Origin: a virus
Length of the DNA: 64,000 bases
Virus record (IMG/VR): IMGVR_UViG_3300044653_000098
Span: 1 to 64,000 of that record
Direction: 5' to 3' (one strand)
How positions within the stretch are numbered: the first letter of the stretch is position 1; the number at the start of each line of letters is the position of its first letter. Below, piece by piece: positions 53,236-61,669 of the stretch. The notes beneath the pieces are model-generated. The model saw nothing but the letters and a program-made list of their open reading frames with translations. It did not search any database and was not told the origin of the DNA. Made by a program: the position numbers and the translations under genes.

Positions 53236-53784
53236 ATGAAAGGTATCTGGACCAGAAACCACTTCGACGTGGTTGCCGCGGTGCTGCAGCGTGCTGTCGA
53301 CACGGCTGACCACATCGAGGGGCCGCAGGGGAGCAGTGCGCACCGCGCGCTGGAGTTCGTGTGCGAGGCATTCGTCGCGGTATTCAATGCGGACAGCGAG
53401 CGCTTCCAGCCCGACCGGTTCCGCCAGGCGGCCGGCCTTGACCCCAAGGGCACCACGGTGCAGCTCGATGAGCGGGAGATGTTCTTCTACGAGCACGCTA
53501 ACTGGGCCGGGAAGTTCGAGGGGGAGTCCGCGGCGCACGCCCGCGGCCGCACCGCGATCTTGCTGGCCGACGCGGAGCGGTGCCTGGAGAAGACACCGGA
53601 CACCCGGATCGAGTGGGAGCCTGACCCGGCAGGCAGGGTTGGCACGGATTTCTGGGGTGCCTACCTGTACCAGGGCGGCAGGTTCCTCGGCTCGGATGAG
53701 GTGGAGCTGACCGGCGACCCGGAGAAGGACGCTGTTCGCAAGAGAGTCACCACTGCGATCCTCGCGCTGGAGTACCTTGCCTGA
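53236..53784 (+). CDS. hypothetical protein
   Basis: SD GAGG; 'F..D..RF..DRF..A' motif, similar to the motif in the 62676 gene. Confidence 0.65.
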   Translation: MKGIWTRNHFDVVAAVLQRAVDTADHIEGPQGSSAHRALEFVCEAFVAVFNADSERFQPDRFRQAAGLDPKGTTVQLDEREMFFYEHANWAGKFEGESAAHARGRTAILLADAERCLEKTPDTRIEWEPDPAGRVGTDFWGAYLYQGGRFLGSDEVELTGDPEKDAVRKRVTTAILALEYLA

Positions 53785-53807
53785 CAGGAGGTGAGTGGAC
53801 TCCACCT

Positions 53808-53847
53808 CGGAGCACCAGTTCTGCACTGCAGGCTGGTGCTCCGCTTT
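53808..53847 (+). terminator. terminator-like hairpin
   Basis: CGGAGCACCAG / CTGGTGCTCCG followed by CTTT. Confidence 0.65.
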
Positions 53848-53877
53848 GTGTGAGGGTACTCCGTAAGGCCGTAGATA

Positions 53878-53939
53878 GGTTGACACGTGTCTACCGTACC
53901 ACTACCATAGGGGTAGATGAAAGCCCACCGAACGGAGGC
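53878..53939 (+). promoter_or_regulatory. dyad/promoter copy 6 + conserved leader
   Basis: TTGACA-17-TACCAT; AGCCCACCGAACGGAGGC at 53922. Confidence 0.8.
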
Positions 53940-53943
53940 CACC

Positions 53944-54240
53944 ATGACAGCCATACGGGTCACTGTGGAGGCGATGAAGCATCCCGAGGTGCGGGAAACA
54001 CTGGAGGTCGATACTGATCTGCCGCTCCCGCTCACTGCGGACGGGGTAGCGCAGCTCTGGAACTCCCTGAACGGCCAGAGCAAGGTCACGGCCGCCGCGG
54101 GGTCGTTCTGGATTCGCCACGTGCGCGACGAGCACGGCGGTTGTGTGGAGTGCGGCAAGCTCGTCTCCGGCCGGTTCGGCCATGGCCCGTCGTGCTCGGT
54201 GCCGACCGGCGGCGAGCCTACCCCGGTGCTGTTCTCGTGA
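53944..54240 (+). CDS. hypothetical protein with CxxC
   Basis: ATG directly after the leader motif. Confidence 0.65.
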   Translation: MTAIRVTVEAMKHPEVRETLEVDTDLPLPLTADGVAQLWNSLNGQSKVTAAAGSFWIRHVRDEHGGCVECGKLVSGRFGHGPSCSVPTGGEPTPVLFS

Positions 54241-54404
54241 GGCCGCACCGCTGCTCGCGCCGGCTGTGCTTCCGCATCGCCCACGTCTGGGTGGGTGTCC
54301 CCGGCTACTGGCCAGCCCCGTCGACCGTCGGCCGGTGGAGCTGCCGCCGGCATGCCAAGTACATCCAGAGCGCGATGAACGTGGCGCTCCGGTTCCCCGC
54401 CTAG
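54237..54404 (+). CDS. small Cys-containing protein
   Basis: GTGA overlap. Confidence 0.45.
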   Translation: MRPHRCSRRLCFRIAHVWVGVPGYWPAPSTVGRWSCRRHAKYIQSAMNVALRFPA

Positions 54405-54457
54405 GTGGGCTGGCCACGGTACTCCGATTATCCGTATGAGCAGAGAGGAGGCAGTTC

Positions 54458-54673
54458 ATGATCATTCGTACGGCTGGTGAGCCCGACCTAGGCCGGGCCG
54501 AGATCCTGCACGAGCTTGCGTGGGCTGCCTACGATGCCTCTATCGAGGAAGTAGCAGACGGCGCCTCCCTCGCTGAGGTAGAGACTGCAGCCCGGCGTGT
54601 CGACACGTCCGCGGTCAACCTCGCGGACACCTGCCAGGCGGCCGGCCTCACGCCGGTTGCACAGCCCGCCTAG
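54458..54673 (+). CDS. hypothetical protein
   Basis: SD GAGGAGG. Confidence 0.55.
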   Translation: MIIRTAGEPDLGRAEILHELAWAAYDASIEEVADGASLAEVETAARRVDTSAVNLADTCQAAGLTPVAQPA

Positions 54674-54750
54674 CGGGTACCTTGATTGAGCCCGGTAAAA
54701 ACTAACTCAAGCCTGCTTGAGCATGTCTCTGCAAAGCCGGGCACAGCGCG

Positions 54751-54779
54751 CGGGCCCGGGATTAGCTACCCCGGGCCCG
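54751..54779. terminator. hairpin between convergent genes
   Basis: CGGGCCCGGG / CCCGGGCCCG. Confidence 0.6.
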
Positions 54780-54791
54780 TTCGTTTCTCTC

Positions 54792-55100
54792 TCAGACCTC
54801 TGGCCGGCTCGGCCACGGAAACGCGCGCTGCAGCTCGGTCAGGTCGTATGGCGGCTCGTCCGGCGTCACGAGCGTGAAGTCCTGCACATCCACGATCGGG
54901 TACCCGGCAGTCTCAGCCTGTGCGGCCGCCTCGTCGCTGTCGCGCGCCTGGTAGCTCGGCCCGGTCCATCCGCTAGGGGCCATCACTGTGTACGTCTCCA
55001 GGCAGCTCTGCGGGCCGGGCTGAGCGGCCTCCTCGCCGGGCCCGTCTGGCTGGCCCGCGGCCTGCATGCGGAGGAGGTCTTTGGTCTGCTGTGCGTCCAT
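54792..55100 (-). CDS. hypothetical protein
   Basis: Coupled ORF in a leftward operon. Confidence 0.55.
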   Translation of the reverse strand: MDAQQTKDLLRMQAAGQPDGPGEEAAQPGPQSCLETYTVMAPSGWTGPSYQARDSDEAAAQAETAGYPIVDVQDFTLVTPDEPPYDLTELQRAFPWPSRPEV

Positions 55101-55103
55101 CGC

Positions 55104-55637
55104 TCAGCTCTCCTCATCCAGCACGATCCAGGTCTTGCCTTCCAGCGCACTGGGCTCCACGCGGGCCGGGTACTCCGATCCGTCGCGTGCCCGGACCAGC
55201 AGCGGAAGCTCCCTCGTCAGCGCGGGATTGGTTGCCGGGATGATGATTTCTCCGGCCGCTTCGATCAGGTCTGCGGGTGTGGCAGGCAGAGACACCACGG
55301 TGCTCTCAGCGAAGAGCAAGATCCGGAACGCGCTGTCGGCGATCTCCAGGACTTCCGCGCTCCCCTCCTCGTCCGGATCGCTGTCGAGAACCGGCTGTGA
55401 GTAGGCCGGCGGGATGATCCGGGAGGCTGACCACGAGTCTTCTGCGGCAACCTCTCCGTCCTCGTCGCGCACGGTGATCTCGCCTCCGCTGATTACCCTC
55501 CACATGTCTTCACGCGGCAGCTCGTAGCTGGAGCTGGCCACGATCCGCGCGGCTTCCTCCGCGTTCTCGGCTACGATGGTCACGTTTGAAACGATGGTCC
55601 GGGCAATCTCCACATCAAACTCTGTCATGGTCATCAC
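55104..55637 (-). CDS. acidic hypothetical protein
   Basis: 'V.AENAEEA' motif; preceded by a degenerate leader. Confidence 0.6.
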   Translation of the reverse strand: MMTMTEFDVEIARTIVSNVTIVAENAEEAARIVASSSYELPREDMWRVISGGEITVRDEDGEVAAEDSWSASRIIPPAYSQPVLDSDPDEEGSAEVLEIADSAFRILLFAESTVVSLPATPADLIEAAGEIIIPATNPALTRELPLLVRARDGSEYPARVEPSALEGKTWIVLDEES

Positions 55638-55687
55638 TTCCGTTCTGGTTTGGTCTTGGGGGTCTCCGGGTCGGCCGAGAGGTGCGC

Positions 55688-56179
55688 TCAGCGCACCCAG
55701 TAGTCGACTCCGCCGAAGCTGACCGTGGAGTAGTCGATCTTGAGTTCGTCGGCCGCCGCTTCCCAGTCGATGCAGTTGACCGGCCAGTTGGCGTCCTTGT
55801 CGATCGCGCCTATGTCGTCGGCAAGCTGTTCCGCGTACTCCTCGAAGTAGCTGTCGCGGATGAGCGTGGCCCCGTGCTTCCAGTCGCCCGCGTTGCTCTC
55901 TCCGTCGCTGGCAAGCTCGCGGAGCTGCTCCAGTTCTTCCGTCTGGTCCTCGTCCAGCCCGACCCCGTACTCCTCTGCCTGCTCGCGCAGGCTGGCCAGC
56001 TCGGCCGCCTCGTCGTCGGACACCCCTGGGTCTGTCTCCAGTGCGCGCAGTTCCGCGAGTCGGCGCTCTTGCGCTTCCAGCTCGGACAGCTCTTCGATCC
56101 GCGCGATCACGTCGCGGCTGTCAATCAGGTCCTCGTCATTGGTGATCGGTTCGGTAGCTGTGATCTCTGCCATGTCCAT
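55688..56179 (-). CDS. very acidic ArdA-like antirestriction / DNA-mimic protein
   Basis: 'FEEYAEQLADDIG...IDWEAAADELKIDY' resembles the ArdA C-terminal domain; strongly D/E-rich. Confidence 0.6.
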   Translation of the reverse strand: MDMAEITATEPITNDEDLIDSRDVIARIEELSELEAQERRLAELRALETDPGVSDDEAAELASLREQAEEYGVGLDEDQTEELEQLRELASDGESNAGDWKHGATLIRDSYFEEYAEQLADDIGAIDKDANWPVNCIDWEAAADELKIDYSTVSFGGVDYWVR

Positions 56180-56180
56180 C

Positions 56181-56237
56181 GCCTCCGTTTACTGGGCTGT
56201 GCTCACAGCTTAGCTGACAGGTAGACACGTGTCAACC
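56181..56237 (-). promoter_or_regulatory. dyad/promoter copy 7 + conserved leader
   Basis: TTGACA-17-TAAGCT; AGCCCAGTAAACGGAGGC. Confidence 0.8.
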
Positions 56238-56272
56238 AGTTAGGGAACTCCGGGAGAGGGCATAATAGAGCC

Positions 56273-56437
56273 GTGACCATTCTGGTGCTCAGCCTCCTGG
56301 CCCTGGCCTACCTGTGCCGCCGGCCGCTCGGCGCGTGGATGCTGAGCAAGCTCACGCGCCTGGCGGTCAAGCTCCGCCCGTTCGGCATCGCCTATGTGCT
56401 GATGCTCGCGTTTTTCTTTGGCGTCCTGCACGTCTGA
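56273..56437 (+). CDS. 54-aa hydrophobic membrane protein (not in ORF track)
   Basis: MTILVLSLLALAYLCRRPLGAWMLSKLTRLAVKLRPFGIAYVLMLAFFFGVLHV; CATAAT ends 6 nt upstream; ends at a hairpin. Confidence 0.55.
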   Translation: MTILVLSLLALAYLCRRPLGAWMLSKLTRLAVKLRPFGIAYVLMLAFFFGVLHV

Positions 56438-56469
56438 GGGCCCGCCCAGACGCATCTAGGCGGGCCCTT
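56437..56469. terminator. hairpin between convergent genes
   Basis: AGGGCCCGCC / GGCGGGCCCT. Confidence 0.6.
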
Positions 56470-56483
56470 CGTGCGTTCGTGCG

Positions 56484-57158
56484 CTACTCCTCGTCGTCCT
56501 CGTAGAGCTTGACCTGTGCGCGCTGCTCTCCGTCGAAGAACTCGCGCTCTCCGTAGCTGCTGAGGATCAGGCCGAGAGTGCCGTAGTCGGCCACCACGGT
56601 TCCCTCGGTCCACAGCACCGGCTCCTGAGAGGGGTCCGAGGTGAACGTCACGGTGTCGTCCTCGGAGAACTGGACACCCTCCAGCGGCTTCATCTTGAGC
56701 GCGTCGGGCCCGTCCTCCTGGAACGCGTAGACCTCCTCCCCAATGTTGTCCGAGGTGCCGCGCTCGTCCTGGTACCACGCGTTGGGGTAGTACCCGGATT
56801 CCACCATGAGCTTGGCCAGCTCGTAGGTGGCAATCTCGCGCGTGGGGTAGCCCGGCTCCTGCCAGTTGGCCGGCCGGTGCGTGCTCTCCATGACCACGCG
56901 GTAGGCGCCGCGGTCCTCGGTTACGTAGCCATCGAACTCGTCGGGCAGGTCTTGCCAGCCGTCGACCAGTTCTTTGGCCTCTTCTGCGGCGTCCTGGAGC
57001 GCGCCGAGTAGTGCGTCCGCGTCGCTGGAGAACCGGCCGCAGTTGATCTCCACGTCTCCGTCCTCGTCTTCCACGTCGATCGTGAGGATGATGCCGCCGT
57101 CCTCGTCGTCCTGCCGGACGATCTTGAAAGAGGGGTTTCCGTGCAGTGTGAGCTTCAT
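56484..57158 (-). CDS. very acidic hypothetical protein
   Basis: D/E-rich 224 aa; sole gene of its cassette. Confidence 0.7.
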   Translation of the reverse strand: MKLTLHGNPSFKIVRQDDEDGGIILTIDVEDEDGDVEINCGRFSSDADALLGALQDAAEEAKELVDGWQDLPDEFDGYVTEDRGAYRVVMESTHRPANWQEPGYPTREIATYELAKLMVESGYYPNAWYQDERGTSDNIGEEVYAFQEDGPDALKMKPLEGVQFSEDDTVTFTSDPSQEPVLWTEGTVVADYGTLGLILSSYGEREFFDGEQRAQVKLYEDDEE

Positions 57159-57162
57159 GTGC

Positions 57163-57219
57163 GCCTCCGTTTACTGGGCTATGGCAGCAGCTTAGCTGAT
57201 AGGTAGACACGTGTCAACC
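57163..57219 (-). promoter_or_regulatory. dyad/promoter copy 8 + conserved leader
   Basis: TTGACA-17-TAAGCT; near-identical to copy 7 over about 57 nt. Confidence 0.8.
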
Positions 57220-57220
57220 A

Positions 57221-57251
57221 AAAGGCCCCCGGAAGTTAGATCCGGGGGCCT
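57221..57251 (-). terminator. intrinsic terminator
   Basis: AGGCCCCCGGA / TCCGGGGGCCT with a T run on the - strand. Confidence 0.7.
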
Positions 57252-57267
57252 CCGTAAGGCCGGAGCG

Positions 57268-57663
57268 CTAGGAGACCAGCGCGAGGAATGGCGCTGTGGA
57301 CTTCGGCCGGCGGTATGGCGCGTACTGCCGTACCTGCCTGATGAAGTCAGCGCACCCCTTGTACTGGCCGATGATCGCATCCGGGTCGATCTTGAAGAGG
57401 TGCGCGATCATCCAGCCGTAGTCATCCCACGACGCGGCGCGCGCCTCGTCATCCAGCGGATAGCTGCCGATCGTGCGGTGTGCGGTCGGCCTCGTGCCGT
57501 TGTGGCTGTAGGCATAGAACTGCACGCCATGGCTGTAGCCGGCCAGCCGCGGGCGGAAGTCCTGAACATCGTCGGGCCAGATGTCGGCCCCGTTCAGCAG
57601 ACGCGCCAGGCGGAAAGCCTCGCGCACGTCGTCTGAGGTGATTTTGGTGCTGTAGACCTTCAT
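57268..57663 (-). CDS. hypothetical protein
   Basis: 'AASWDDYGW.IA.LF..DP.A..G.Y' phage early-protein-like pattern. Confidence 0.7.
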   Translation of the reverse strand: MKVYSTKITSDDVREAFRLARLLNGADIWPDDVQDFRPRLAGYSHGVQFYAYSHNGTRPTAHRTIGSYPLDDEARAASWDDYGWMIAHLFKIDPDAIIGQYKGCADFIRQVRQYAPYRRPKSTAPFLALVS

Positions 57664-57670
57664 GGGCTCG

Positions 57671-57734
57671 GCCTCCGTTTAGTGGGCTTGGCTTCCATCA
57701 CCTATCTAAGCACATTGGTAGACACGTGTCAACC
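57671..57734 (-). promoter_or_regulatory. dyad/promoter copy 9 + conserved leader
   Basis: TTGACA-18-TAGATA (weak -10); AGCCCACTAAACGGAGGC. Confidence 0.75.
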
Positions 57735-57814
57735 ACCTAGGGAACTCCGTAAGGCCGGAGGCAGCAAAGACCGCCCGCACCGGCAGGCACGAGCGGTCTC
57801 TAGCCTCGATGCAG

Positions 57815-58111
57815 TTATTCCGCGCGCTCGTGCACAGCCTTGGTCATGTCCGGCTCCGCGTAGGTGCCTTCGGGCAGCCCGCCCGACCGGCGCCCGGTCT
57901 TGTAGGACGCCACGTCATCCGCGTGCACGTAGAAGACCAGCGTGCCGTGCTCCGGGAAGCTAGAGCGCACGTACAGCGCCGGAGCGTCCAGCTCAGCCCC
58001 GTGTGCGTCCGTGTCCATGGCCAGAACTTCCGGCCAGCCTGTCTCCTCCGGCTGAGTCAGCTCCAGCCCATCCGCGGGACCTTCGAGCAATTCCGCAAAC
58101 ATGTCATCCAT
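57815..58111 (-). CDS. acidic hypothetical protein
   Basis: SD GGAG; followed by a hairpin at about 57768-57800. Confidence 0.55.
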   Translation of the reverse strand: MDDMFAELLEGPADGLELTQPEETGWPEVLAMDTDAHGAELDAPALYVRSSFPEHGTLVFYVHADDVASYKTGRRSGGLPEGTYAEPDMTKAVHERAE

Positions 58112-58137
58112 GTGATCAGCTCCATTCTCCGATGCAT

Positions 58138-58326
58138 CTATTTTGGCAACAGGCCAAGCTCGCGCATGTCCTCCATCACCACCCCGAACGGGCTGGAGCC
58201 GTCCGGGATCGCTGCCACGCGCCTGGCGAGATCAGTCAGGTACAGCCGCACCGCAAGCGCGTAGGTCTCAGGCGTGCCATGGAATTGCCAGGGCACGCGC
58301 ACGGCCGGCTCATCCGTCGTTGCCAT
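58138..58326 (-). CDS. hypothetical protein
   Basis: SD GAGGAGG. Confidence 0.55.
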   Translation of the reverse strand: MATTDEPAVRVPWQFHGTPETYALAVRLYLTDLARRVAAIPDGSSPFGVVMEDMRELGLLPK

Positions 58327-58669
58327 GCGCCTCCTCGTTCGTCCAGCGCGGCACGTGGGGCCCGTTGCCGGCCGGATAGCAGTGATCATCCCCGGACGTG
58401 TCGAATACGTGTCCGTCGCTCGCTAGGTGCACGTAGTCACCACAGCCGCGACAGGTCACACCAGGGAGGTGCGGGGATACCTGAATCAGGAACTGTGAGC
58501 CGGCCGCGTCGGTGTAGATGAAGGACGCGCCCGTGTTCCATTCCTCCGGCTCAGAGCATCCGCTCAGGATGAGATCTCCGCTCGACAGCTCTTGCGCTAT
58601 GTAGATCGCACGCTCCGGCTTGGCCTGTGCGTAGAACTCATCCCGCAAAGGATCATGCTGTGTCGTCAT
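58310..58669 (-). CDS. hypothetical protein with CxxC
   Basis: Coupled ORF. Confidence 0.55.
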   Translation of the reverse strand: MTTQHDPLRDEFYAQAKPERAIYIAQELSSGDLILSGCSEPEEWNTGASFIYTDAAGSQFLIQVSPHLPGVTCRGCGDYVHLASDGHVFDTSGDDHCYPAGNGPHVPRWTNEEAHGNDG

Positions 58670-58688
58670 CTTGCTTCCGATGCACTTC

Positions 58689-59054
58689 TCAGAAAAGCTT
58701 GGCGGGCCGGTGCAGGTTGCGGCACAGCCCGCAGCGGAACACTCCGGTTGCATAGGGCATGCCGTTGTCATGGCTGGAGTACTGCGGCTCTTGGTGCCCG
58801 GGCGTGGCGTGGCACCGCGGGCAGTAGACACCCCCGTCCGTGTCGCCTACGGGGTTGCCGGTGCCGTCACAGATCACGCCGTGCTCGTTCAGCCGGTAGG
58901 TCAGCACGAGCGCGCCGTCGGCCCCCTCTTGCAAGATCACGCCTGGCCGCTGCCACACGTGCACGAGCATGCGCAGCGCTGCACGCGGGGAGGGCAGGCC
59001 GGCCGCGGTGCGCAGCGTGGGGGAATCGTTGCGCGCTACCGCGTAGCAGATCAT
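58689..59054 (-). CDS. hypothetical protein with two CxxC
   Basis: ATGA overlap. Confidence 0.55.
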   Translation of the reverse strand: MICYAVARNDSPTLRTAAGLPSPRAALRMLVHVWQRPGVILQEGADGALVLTYRLNEHGVICDGTGNPVGDTDGGVYCPRCHATPGHQEPQYSSHDNGMPYATGVFRCGLCRNLHRPAKLF

Positions 59055-59458
59055 GCGGACACCGCGCGGAAGATCTCAGCGCGCTGAGCGTCCGTCCAGT
59101 CCCCTACCACGTAGACGCTTACCTCTTCCTTTTCCGTGGTGTAGTTGTCCGGCAGGCTGCAGCTCAGCCACGCATGCGCGCTCAGCTCCGCGGGCACGGG
59201 GCTTACGCTTGGCTCGTAGGCTCCGGTGCGCTGGATACGCTCCACAGCCCACGCCACGCGCGCCGCGCTCTCGCGCTTGGACGCTCCGAGGTAGCGGCGC
59301 ACGCTGTACCACGGAAGTGGCTCCGGCCCGTCAAACTCAGGATCGTAAGCTTCCGTGTCGGTGCCATGGTCCCGGATCTCGCGGGAATCGCCTTCCATCC
59401 ATTCCCCCTCTTCTGAGTAGGGGTCAATGGTGCGCCGGTAGATCTGAATTTCGTACAT
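59051..59458 (-). CDS. hypothetical protein
   Basis: ATG directly after the leader motif. Confidence 0.65.
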   Translation of the reverse strand: MYEIQIYRRTIDPYSEEGEWMEGDSREIRDHGTDTEAYDPEFDGPEPLPWYSVRRYLGASKRESAARVAWAVERIQRTGAYEPSVSPVPAELSAHAWLSCSLPDNYTTEKEEVSVYVVGDWTDAQRAEIFRAVSA

Positions 59459-59462
59459 GCTG

Positions 59463-59522
59463 GCCTCCGTTTGTGGGCTTGCTGTGTCCTCATTGTCTCA
59501 TGCCGGTAGACACGTGTCAACC
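59463..59522 (-). promoter_or_regulatory. dyad/promoter copy 10 + conserved leader
   Basis: TTGACA-17-GACAAT; AGCCCACAAACGGAGGC. Confidence 0.75.
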
Positions 59523-59527
59523 ACAGC

Positions 59528-59563
59528 ACGGAGCCCCGCACCTCTGCAGGCACGGGGCTCCGT
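59528..59563 (-). terminator. terminator-like hairpin
   Basis: ACGGAGCCCCG / CGGGGCTCCGT. Confidence 0.6.
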
Positions 59564-59580
59564 ACGGGCTTAGGCGGCCC

Positions 59581-60810
59581 CTAGTCGCGGCCGGCTGTGC
59601 CCGCGGGGAGGTCATCCCACGCGGTGTGCTGAATCCTCCGGCCATCCTCGCTGATCTCATACAGCACGGTGCAGCTCCGGGCCTTGACCTTGTTGCCGAC
59701 CGGAACCATGCTCGCGTAGTCGACCGCACAGGCAAGGAAGCGCACGCCCCGCACATACTCGCGCGTGTCCTCTGCGGTAGCGCAGAAGTGCAGACCGTGT
59801 CCGCAGTGCGGCTCCGGGGTGTAGTCCTCCGCTGTGACCGTGGAGCCAATCTCATACCGGATATCGCCATGGCCGACGGGCGAGCTCAGGTCAGCTAGCA
59901 CAGCCTTGACCAGTGTCACGGTCTTGCCGTCATCGCTGAGCGTCAGGCCACGCTCAGCGAGCCAGCGTGGTCTGGCGTTGCGCGCGTCACGCTTGGCTCT
60001 CCGCTGCGCAGCCTTGAGCCGGCGGACAGCCTCCGCACGCTCGCGCGCTTCGGTCTCCAGCCGTGCTGCCTTCTCTTCTGGGGTCTCGTACAGCCGCTTG
60101 GCGTTCGGATCGATCACCATGCCGGAACTGTCCACGCGGATACCGTCATAGAAGATCGCCGGCCGTTGCTGTGAGCCGTAGTCGGCAACCTTCGAGCCGT
60201 GGCAGTTGTGGCACGTGGCCTGATGCTGGCCGGTCACACCCATGCCGCGGTGCCTGTGCCATTGGCCAACCACGCGTACGGTTTCTGGCTGATCACGGAG
60301 AGGCCAGCCATTGCGCTGTAGTGCGGTTGGCACAGGCTCATTCCAGCGCACTGCAAAGTCATATGACCATTCAGAGCATGGGTAGGTCCGGCCCTCTATT
60401 CCCCGGTAGTGGTTGGTAACCGAGTAGTCGGCCGGGTGGTAGTAGCTGACCGTGCCCCAATCGTTTACGGTGACCAGTCCCGTGCCCTTGCACGTGCGGC
60501 ACTTCTGGAGCTTGGCCGGCATGTGGGGGTCTGAGCTGTGCCACACAGCCCAGACGCCACGGTGTGAGTACACCCGCGCGGGCCCGTAGCCATTGATCCT
60601 GTCTTTGGTGGTGACGGTCTCCCACCCGCCAGTGTTCAGGGTGTACGTGCCGTCTGCATGGATGGCCACCACGTCTGTGTTGTGGAGCCGGACAGCGTAG
60701 TTGCTACCTCTCTCCACTAGATAAGTGTTGTTCTGCAGCTTGCGCCGTGGTCCGTATCCGCGGTCCTGAGCACGCGCCATCATGGTCTGTGCGTCTTGGT
60801 AGCTGAGCAT
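59581..60810 (-). CDS. multidomain early protein (DnaJ-type CxxCxGxG insert; C-terminal 'YEIG...CGHGLHFC' domain)
   Basis: 'CRTCKGTG' and 'CHNCHGS' pair; sole gene of its cassette. Confidence 0.7.
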   Translation of the reverse strand: MLSYQDAQTMMARAQDRGYGPRRKLQNNTYLVERGSNYAVRLHNTDVVAIHADGTYTLNTGGWETVTTKDRINGYGPARVYSHRGVWAVWHSSDPHMPAKLQKCRTCKGTGLVTVNDWGTVSYYHPADYSVTNHYRGIEGRTYPCSEWSYDFAVRWNEPVPTALQRNGWPLRDQPETVRVVGQWHRHRGMGVTGQHQATCHNCHGSKVADYGSQQRPAIFYDGIRVDSSGMVIDPNAKRLYETPEEKAARLETEARERAEAVRRLKAAQRRAKRDARNARPRWLAERGLTLSDDGKTVTLVKAVLADLSSPVGHGDIRYEIGSTVTAEDYTPEPHCGHGLHFCATAEDTREYVRGVRFLACAVDYASMVPVGNKVKARSCTVLYEISEDGRRIQHTAWDDLPAGTAGRD

Positions 60811-60817
60811 TGGTGCC

Positions 60818-60881
60818 GCCTCCGTTTGTGGGCTTGACCTTGTGACCTCACCTTAGCATGGCTGGTAGACACGTGTCAACT
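60818..60881 (-). promoter_or_regulatory. dyad/promoter copy 11 + conserved leader
   Basis: TTGACA-18-TAAGGT; AGCCCACAAACGGAGGC. Confidence 0.8.
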
Positions 60882-60882
60882 A

Positions 60883-60920
60883 GAAACCTCCCGTACCCTG
60901 TGGCGGATACGGGAGGTTTC
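60883..60920 (-). terminator. terminator-like hairpin
   Basis: GAAACCTCCCGTA / TACGGGAGGTTTC. Confidence 0.7.
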
Positions 60921-60937
60921 CGGGGGTGAGCTGAGAG

Positions 60938-61474
60938 CTAGTCCGGCTCACCAAGCGGGCCGGTCATGCTCAGTATGTTTGTGGTGATCTCCTGCCGCAC
61001 GCTGGCCGGTATCGCTGCGGCCGACACTAGCGCGCTGACAACCTCGCGCCATTCCGCGCGGGTGAGGTCAGCACCGAGGATGTCATCATCCGCGATTCCG
61101 AACGTGTCAGACTCCCACACGTACAGCCGGCAGTTGTCGGCTACGTAGTACGGGAAGTGTTCCGCAACCAGCCGCTCTATCGTCGCGTCCCACGCTGCAG
61201 CATCGCCGCGGTAGAGCGGCGCACTGGCACGCTTGTTATCGAACGTGGCAGCGAGGTTATACATGGTGTCCGCCTCCGCGCGGATCTTCCATGCGTCCTC
61301 ATACTGGCCGGCGTCCGCGTAGCTGACCGCGGTGTCTCCTGCCTGATCGGCCGACTCGCTCAGCATGCGGCGCACCTCGTCGGCAACGTCGCGCCACGTG
61401 GTGGCCACGCTGAAATTGTCGTCGCTAGCTTCGGGCCCGTATCCGGGCAGTCCGTAGGCAAGGATCATGCGCAT
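60938..61474 (-). CDS. acidic hypothetical protein
   Basis: SD GGAGGT. Confidence 0.65.
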   Translation of the reverse strand: MRMILAYGLPGYGPEASDDNFSVATTWRDVADEVRRMLSESADQAGDTAVSYADAGQYEDAWKIRAEADTMYNLAATFDNKRASAPLYRGDAAAWDATIERLVAEHFPYYVADNCRLYVWESDTFGIADDDILGADLTRAEWREVVSALVSAAAIPASVRQEITTNILSMTGPLGEPD

Positions 61475-61479
61475 GGCGG

Positions 61480-61662
61480 TTACCTCCCCTGCCTGATCAG
61501 GTATCCGAAGCCGGCCGCGTCGCGCTGGTCAGCGCGGAATGCGGCACGCTGCAGACTGGCACGCCGGCGGGCACGCTGCATGCGGCCGGCCTTGACGGCC
61601 AGGCGTTCAGCCAGCGGCGCACGCGGAGCCGCGTGGCGTGGGGTGGGGTTGGTGTCGTTCAT
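61480..61662 (-). CDS. small Arg-rich protein
   Basis: ATG after the leader motif. Confidence 0.6.
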   Translation of the reverse strand: MNDTNPTPRHAAPRAPLAERLAVKAGRMQRARRRASLQRAAFRADQRDAAGFGYLIRQGR

Positions 61663-61669
61663 TGTTCTA

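Noticed and set aside
54681-54721. HspR HAIR operator (CTTGAG / CTCAAG dyads)
   Set aside because: Spacing and orientation do not fit CTTGAGT-N7-ACTCAAG
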